Assembly: GCA_965209055.1 (NCBI GenBank)
Contig: OZ242374.1
Coordinates: 1,952,001 to 2,016,000, forward strand
Source: Acidobacteriota bacterium
GTDB taxonomy: Bacteria; Acidobacteriota; UBA6911; RPQK01; JAJDTT01
Direction of reading: 5' to 3'
DNA length: 64,000 nucleotides
Shown: piece by piece, positions 57,608-64,000 of the stretch
Layout: the number at the start of each line of letters is the position of its first letter
How positions within the stretch are numbered: the stretch's first letter is position 1
Notes under the pieces: generated by a model
What the model saw: the letters and a program-made list of their open reading frames with translations, nothing else
The model's database searches: none
Told to the model about the DNA's origin: nothing
Translations under genes and position numbers: made by a program

Positions 57608-57845
57608 ATGGCTAACCCGAAACCCGTTGCTGAAGTCCGAATCGGTTCCGTCAAGGCTGCGATCTGGCGAAACGAAACCGCCAACAGCACGAGGTGCAAC
57701 GTCACCTTTTCCCGCCTTTACAAGGACGGCGATCAGTGAAAGACGACACAAGCTATGCTCGCGATGATTTGCTGTTACTAGCGAAAGTGGCCGATCAGGC
57801 CCATTCGCGCGTTTTCCAGCTCCAGCCGGAGGAACAGCCTGAGCC
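57608..57845 (+). pseudogene. Small mobile-element protein (KPV.EVR.G..KAAIW.NE family) with a nonsense mutation and frameshift
   Basis: AGGAGG RBS; MANPKPVAEVRIGSVKAAIWRNET...NVTFSRLYKDGDQ then TGA (57737, expected W); continues in another frame as RDDLLLLAKVADQAH. Confidence 0.7.
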
Positions 57846-58376
57846 GTGGCGAGGCAGACCTCGCATTGACGCGCGGTGCGAGTGCCGCCTGCATGGTGTC
57901 GTGCTGCTACGGTAGGGTGAAAGGGAACGGTGGCCGCCGCCCCTATTCCGGTCAGGCTTGCCCTCTCCGCGGTGTGATCCGAGTCCCGGGCGCCCTCAAA
58001 CGGAGGTCGACTTGACGGCTATGCGGATACGGGCGGGCCGTCGAGGTTCCCAAACGATGCTTGTGGCAAGCAGAAGTCGTGCTTCCCGACGGGCACCGGC
58101 GGATACGGAAAGAACCCCGAAGGCTCTAGGATCGATTCGTAACGCTCGTATTCGGTGCTATAAGCTAATTTCGATGACAGTTGCTCGCGGAACCCGGATT
58201 GCAGACGTAGATGGTTTTTATGTAAGACTGTTCGCAACCGAGAGCGTCCGGACCGGGCGTTTGGGAACGATCTACGGAAATATACAAATTGCTCTTTTGT
58301 ATTTGGCGACCACTCCCGACTGTCCTGGGTTCCTGTCGGCGAAGGCGTTCGGAATACGCTTTGGTTGTAGGAGAGA

Positions 58377-60209
58377 GTGGTGAAGATTGCATCCATTACC
58401 ATACATAACTATCGGAGCATCCGGCATTGTGATCTGCTGTGCCGCGACATGCTCGTTCTGCTCGGCCAGAATAACCACGGAAAATCGAATGTCATCAGTG
58501 CCTTGGATTTTGCGCTCAACTCGTCGGTGAAGCCGGAAATAAACGAACTCTTTGCCTTCGCTGGGCCTGATGACAAGACGATGTGGGTGGAAGTCTCCTT
58601 TGATCGGCTAACTGAGCAGGAAAGTACGACGTGGAAAAAGTATGTTCGACCTGATGGCACTTTCCGCTTTCGGAAAACAGCCAAGTATGATGATGAAGGC
58701 AAGATTGTCGTGGCATACAACGGCTACGTGTCGGAACCTGAGGAAGAATGGCTGAAGGCCGACAACGCACGCAACTACACGAAGCGCGGCGCAGTTTCTG
58801 AAACGCCGCTGAGCGCCCATGTCCCGAATTCAGGACGACTAACCAAAGCCCATATTGAAGAGGCCCAACGGCAGTACATCGAAGATCACCGCGCAGACTT
58901 GATTTTCCACGAAGCCCTTGAGGAAGGCCCGTTGCTCGGCCAGAGAAACGTCGCGGCAGGTGTCCTGCCAGAGTTCTTCCTTGTTCCCGCTGTCCGGGAT
59001 TTGAGCGACGAATCGAAAGTCAAGAGCACGGCACTCTTCGGAAAACTCATTACCTTTGCAGTCACGGAAATGGCCTCCGCAGACCCACGCTTCCGTCAGA
59101 TTCAGGAACAGCTCAGCGAGCTGATCGGGGTTCTCAATGCGGCACCGGACAGCGAAGACCGTCCCCAGCAGCTAACCGACCTTGAATCTTCCATCGAGCA
59201 AGAACTATCTGAATGGGGCGTGCGTGTGTCTGTGGAAGTGACGCCGCCGGACATCTCTAAAATCTTCGAATTGGGCACGGATATCCATCTCGACGACGGC
59301 CTCAAGACCTTGGCCGAGCGCAAAGGACATGGTCTGCAGCGTGCCTTGATCTTTGGCCTCATGAAAGCATGGGCAAAGGCCATGCGCCGGGCTGTCCCAG
59401 CAGCGCTAGGCACCAAAGCCCGCAAAGCGTCTGAATCTGTCGTCTTCGCGATAGAAGAACCGGAGCTCTTCTTGCACCCGCATGCACAACGTACTTTGGA
59501 CACGGCCCTTCGAGTACTTGCCCGCAGTGACAACAGTCAGGTTCTCGTTTGCAGCCACTCCACCCATTTCGTGAACTTGGATGATTACCGAGGTATTGCC
59601 CTGATTCGAAAAGCCTCTGCCGAGGAAGGCACCACCTTGGTGCAATGCACCGAGGACTTGTTCGAAGGCGAAGGCGATCCTGACCGCAAACGCCGGTTCC
59701 ATATGGCTGCATGGGTGAATCCGGATCGCGGTGAGATGCTCTTCGCTCGCCGTGTAGCATTCGTCGAAGGCGAAACTGAAAAATCGGTCTTCCCATATCT
59801 CGCCAAGAAAATGGGTTGCTACGCAGAGGATGTTTCCGTAATCGACTGCGGTTCGAAGCACAACATCCCGCTCTACGTGGCCATAGCCGAGGCCTTTCAT
59901 CTCAATTACATCGTTGTGCATGATGAAGACCCGTTGCCCGCTCCGATTCCCGAAGACTGGAGCAAAGACAAGACGCGAGCGAAGAGACGCACCTTTAAGT
60001 TGAACGATGAAATCCAAACGACTGTAGGTGAATCAGGTTCGGTCGCAGTCTTGCGGCCGGATTTCGAGGGCTGTAGCGGGGTGCCCCACGCTAAAGCTAA
60101 ACGAAAAGGAAAAGCACTCGCTGCCTTGGACTACTTTGATTCAGTTGCGACCGTTGACATCCCACAGCACCTCGCTGACACGATTCGGATGGTTTACGGA
60201 GATGCATAG
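58377..60209 (+). CDS. OLD-family ATP-dependent nuclease (ABC ATPase + TOPRIM)
   Basis: GQNNHGKS, KGHGLQR, IEEPELFLHP, CSHS, FVEGETE, HDED. Confidence 0.9.
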   Translation: MVKIASITIHNYRSIRHCDLLCRDMLVLLGQNNHGKSNVISALDFALNSSVKPEINELFAFAGPDDKTMWVEVSFDRLTEQESTTWKKYVRPDGTFRFRKTAKYDDEGKIVVAYNGYVSEPEEEWLKADNARNYTKRGAVSETPLSAHVPNSGRLTKAHIEEAQRQYIEDHRADLIFHEALEEGPLLGQRNVAAGVLPEFFLVPAVRDLSDESKVKSTALFGKLITFAVTEMASADPRFRQIQEQLSELIGVLNAAPDSEDRPQQLTDLESSIEQELSEWGVRVSVEVTPPDISKIFELGTDIHLDDGLKTLAERKGHGLQRALIFGLMKAWAKAMRRAVPAALGTKARKASESVVFAIEEPELFLHPHAQRTLDTALRVLARSDNSQVLVCSHSTHFVNLDDYRGIALIRKASAEEGTTLVQCTEDLFEGEGDPDRKRRFHMAAWVNPDRGEMLFARRVAFVEGETEKSVFPYLAKKMGCYAEDVSVIDCGSKHNIPLYVAIAEAFHLNYIVVHDEDPLPAPIPEDWSKDKTRAKRRTFKLNDEIQTTVGESGSVAVLRPDFEGCSGVPHAKAKRKGKALAALDYFDSVATVDIPQHLADTIRMVYGDA

Positions 60210-60801
60210 GAAATAGCGGCACGTCGAAATAGAGGACGGACGCAACACAGGTTCAGAAACAAACTACTATTCAGCCAGTGGCTTGTGAGCCTGCTCGGGA
60301 TCGATCTGCTTCGCGAGCACCAGCGCTCGAACTCGAACACGCGACTGTGCTCACGCTGCTCTCGGAGCGGTGACCAGGCAGGTGCTCAAAACGGTGGACC
60401 AAGCTGAAGACACGCCAAATTGAACGAGGATGGGACCTCGTCGTCGCGAGTGTAGAGAGTGGTGGATGGTTCAGGGATTCTCGACCTTTACCACGGATCG
60501 ACGCGCATCGCCAACGATGCAAGAGACTGTACCGGATTGTTTCAGAATTCGTGTGTAGTCGAAATCCGGTGGTCCGCAACAGAGTCGCACCCGCCCATCT
60601 TGAACCTGAGCCAGTTGAAGGCCGCGATGCCATTGACGTTCTGTGTCGCACCCATGGACAAGGAGGGTGGTATGGCGAACGGGGCGCTGGCTTTACTGCG
60701 AAAGCCGACGAAAAGGCGGTGCCCTTGGTGAAGCTGGGCATCGCCATGGGGTTGATGGGCGCGGGAGAGGGGAGAACGGCAATGCGGGGCAGGGACGGAG
60801 C

Positions 60802-62208
60802 ATGACGGCGGAAGAGTTCGATGCCGGCCGTTGGGGCGAGCGTGTGGCGGCGGCACTCGCGGCGCTGGCACGGGCCCAGGAGCCTTATCTTCAGGAGTAT
60901 TGGCAGCGCAATCCGCGTGAGCGGCTAATCGTCGACGGCAAAGACGAGACTCCGTTTCCGCTGGACGACCTGCGCATGGTCTTTGCCGAGGCGCGCCACA
61001 GCCAGAGGTTCGGCAGAGAGGCGGAGTACGCGCCCCTTCGCGCGTTGCTCGATCCGACGCGCCACGCCGTGTTGTCGCATCCGAAACTCGAGCGTGTGGC
61101 GGTATCCGGGCGGATAATCGGAGAGAATGATTTCTGGATGCGGCTGGTGAATTCAGGTACATCGATCTCGGCTGGGGACCTGATTGCGGGGCTGATGGCA
61201 AGGGCCGCAGAGCTGTCTGGAGACTGCTTCCGCGCGGCCGCCTGTGAACTGAACGCTTTCCTGTCGCCGGCCCAAGATGAAGGGGCGTCGGATGTGCTGG
61301 GCGACCTCGATGAGGGTTGCGACGCGCTCCTGTTCTACGGCCTGACCGTAAGTGAGAGGATCGAAATTGGAAACGGCATGGCGATCCTCCCGTACGGAGA
61401 AGTGCGGCGCTTCCTGGACCGGGAGATTGTGGAAGAACTCGATCCTCGGGGTGCTGGCTTCCACGGGCGGCGCTCGATGGGCGCAATCATACGACCGTTC
61501 CGGTGGCGGCCGGTATTCCGCCGGAGGGGCAGCGTGAACGAACCGATGGCATACCCGCCAGCAACGTTTTTCCCACGCGCGCGGGCATTCCTGGACCTGT
61601 TTGCCGTGAGCCACGCAGCACCGGTTCTGCCGCTCGCAGCGATATCGGATTGCATCAGCCGTTCGGCGGCCCATCTTTTCGGCGTGGAGCGCCAGGGACT
61701 AGGGATGAACGAGAGGTGGGCGGCGGTTGGATTCGACGGGTTTTCCGAGTGTCCGGTGCTGAAGCCGGCGGCGTTCCACGAGGCGCGGGAGGCGTTCCAA
61801 CACTGGGAGAGTGCACGTTACCAGCGAATGGCGCCCTTCGTGGCGCGGCTGGCCGAGGCGCTTGGTCGGAACGGTCGGTTCGCAATGAGTGACAAGGTCG
61901 TAGACGTAGCGATCACGATGGAGGGCATGTTCGAGTTGCCAAGATGGAAAAAGCTGCGGAAGTTGGAGGAACGAGTTTCTGGCTTTCTCGGAAACGATGC
62001 GGGCGATAGGCAAGGCATCAGGGACGACGTCCGAAATCTGTACGAGGCCCGCTCTGATATCGTTCACAGCGGATCAAGCGAGGTGTCGCCGTTCAGAAAC
62101 GGCGCGGCGTTCGTCACGGGTTTCGACCTCGCTAGGAGGTCGCTCTTCAAGCTGCTACGCGAGGGCATCCCCGAGAATTGGGACGAGGGAGCGGCTGAAG
62201 GCGAGTGA
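60802..62208 (+). CDS. HEPN-domain protein (ApeA-like C-terminus)
   Basis: DVAI.MEGMF ... LYEARSDIVHSG (RX4H HEPN motif); ATG 60802 overlaps an upstream TGA. Confidence 0.78.
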   Translation: MTAEEFDAGRWGERVAAALAALARAQEPYLQEYWQRNPRERLIVDGKDETPFPLDDLRMVFAEARHSQRFGREAEYAPLRALLDPTRHAVLSHPKLERVAVSGRIIGENDFWMRLVNSGTSISAGDLIAGLMARAAELSGDCFRAAACELNAFLSPAQDEGASDVLGDLDEGCDALLFYGLTVSERIEIGNGMAILPYGEVRRFLDREIVEELDPRGAGFHGRRSMGAIIRPFRWRPVFRRRGSVNEPMAYPPATFFPRARAFLDLFAVSHAAPVLPLAAISDCISRSAAHLFGVERQGLGMNERWAAVGFDGFSECPVLKPAAFHEAREAFQHWESARYQRMAPFVARLAEALGRNGRFAMSDKVVDVAITMEGMFELPRWKKLRKLEERVSGFLGNDAGDRQGIRDDVRNLYEARSDIVHSGSSEVSPFRNGAAFVTGFDLARRSLFKLLREGIPENWDEGAAEGE

Positions 62209-62865
62209 GCCGTGTGAGAGCCAGATGTTGGAAAGAACGCAGGGTCGGCCGCGACATGGGGCTGTAGTGGCATTCGCGTAGGTTGGGTCTGATTCCAGGC
62301 GGTGAAATGCCAAAAGGTCCAGGCATGCCTCTCGAATCGTCATGCTGTCCTATGCTTCCCGTATCGTAATGAGCTTGAGAAGATCTGCCTTGTCAGGGAG
62401 TTCGACGCGCTGCCCGCCGACCTGCGGGAGAACCCATCGATTTAACCGCCAACCGGGAAGACGAGGCGAACTGGTGAGGACGTGGGTGGAAACTGGCTAT
62501 CTGCAGCAACGACTGCGCCGCCGTCGACATCTGTGTTATCCGTCCCGAGCGTGTGTCACCAGGGATGAACCTAATCGCCTTGAAACGCCGCAAGGGTGAT
62601 TCCGGCGTTTGGCAGAAGCCGGCGTTCCAGTTCGGCGATTACGGCTAGGCAGTTGTCGGCGAAGTGTCCCGTGCCTTCGCCAGTCAGACTTACCGTGACC
62701 TTCCCCCGGAATTAGGTCCACTCTCTACGTGATAGTCTAACGTCATTGAGAGGCCCCCCATTTCTTGGGCCAGTGCCTCAGCGAATTTCTGACCTTTCCT
62801 GACTTCGACAAATTATCGGCGCTGAGGCTCGGAAACGTTTGAGCCCATTGAGGTTGAGTTTTGGG

Positions 62866-64000
62866 CCCGTCTGTAGTGTACCTGGAATATTGATATTATC
62901 TTATTGTTCTGTTAGACTTTCCCCATGTTTGTGCGACAGATTCGCCGCCGACACACGCCCAATGTCGTCGTCCAAATTGTCGAGTCTTACCGCAACGAAC
63001 ACCGTCAACCCCGCCAGCGCCTGATCCGCTCCATGGGTTCCGCTCCCGAGGGGCCCGCACTTGAGGAACTCCTCCGGGTCGCCGAGTACGAGAAGGTGCG
63101 CCTGCTGGAGCAACGGCAGCCCGCGCTGTTCCCGCCGGCGTATCTGGCCGAGCAGGCGGTGGCCGCGCGGCGGGAGCGGAAGGCTTTGGGGCCGATCCCG
63201 ATTGCCGACGCCCGGAAGCTCCAGGGAGAAAAGGATCTGAAGCTGGGCTTTCACGAGGTCTTCGGCCAACTCTACGACGATCTCGGTCTGGCTCGCCTCT
63301 GGCCCCGGAATCAACGGGGGTCCGAGCGGGTGTTCCGGCAGTTGATGCTGGCGCGCCTGGCTGCGCCCGGCAAAAGCAAGCGCCACCTGGCGGCGGAGTT
63401 GTCCGAGCAGGGGGTGAACCTCCCCCTGGAGCGGGTCTACCGGATGATGGATCGCCTGAATCGTCAGCGGCAGAGCCGATTGCTGAAGCATTTGGACGGA
63501 ACCGTCCGGGGCTTGTTGGGAGGGCCGGTGCAAGTCGTGTTCCTGGACACGACGACGCTCTCCTTCGCGACCGAAGTGGAAGACGATTTGCGACGCAAGG
63601 GATACAGCAAGGACGGGAAACCGTATCGCTCGCAAGTGGTGCTGGCGTTGATGCAGACGACGGAAGGGTTGCCGGTCGGGTATCGCTTGTTCCCGGGGAA
63701 CACGACGGAGGTCAAGACGCTGTTGCCGATGCTTCAGGAGTTGCGAGAGCAGTTCGAAGTTGGACGGGCGGTGGTGGTGGCCGACGCCGGGTTGCTGAGC
63801 GACAAGAACCTGCGGGCGCTGACAAAGGCGGGGTTGGACTGGGTGGTCGCGGCACGGCTCCGGCAGCTCAAGCGGGCCGACTTCGCTGCCCTGGGCTCTC
63901 CGCAGGAGTGGACTCCACAGCCGCTGGACCGGAAGGGACGTCTGAGGCGTCTGACCGAACGGCAAGTCAACGGTCGCCGGCTGGTGGTGCGGTACTGTCC
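62866..64000 (+). mobile_element. IS1634-family element; transposase from ATG 62925 runs off the window end
   Basis: MFVR...QIVESYR...RQR.I..G, FLDTTTL.F, GYSKDGK, LFPGNT.E..TL, VVADAG; left end near CCCGTC at 62866 is approximate. Confidence 0.88.

Overview
High-GC bacterial chromosome segment. Acidobacteriota is the likely lineage, possibly host-associated; this is inferred from gene style, not proven. The backbone (DASS transporter, thiO, rlmD, quinone oxidoreductase, polA, ECF sigma/anti-sigma/PDZ operon, uvrA, coaE, tmRNA) is dotted with a GGAG-tagged REP-like hairpin family. Accessory blocks interrupt it: an intact IS5 (1804-2994), a vapBC-type TA pair, an AAA-ATPase + S8 protease (ietAS-like) cassette with one in-frame amber stop, two secreted proteins sharing an unnamed ~220-aa module, and a repeat-flanked sialidase pair. 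The main feature is a ~14.8-kb island integrated at the tmRNA 3' end (17-bp att repeats at 37902-37918 and 52696-52712). It carries a tyrosine integrase, its own tRNA-Leu(UAA), an ArdC/replication-relaxation-like fusion followed by a highly structured origin-like region, a decayed TA pair, a PLD-SNF2 helicase + N6-MTase pair, an uncharacterised three-gene cassette ending in a Cys-His papain-like protein, and an hsdR remnant. To its right is a defence-rich, decayed region: TPR paralogues, an Avs1c-like fusion, a solo OLD nuclease, a HEPN protein and a truncated IS1634. All family assignments come from motif recognition by eye; no database searches were run.
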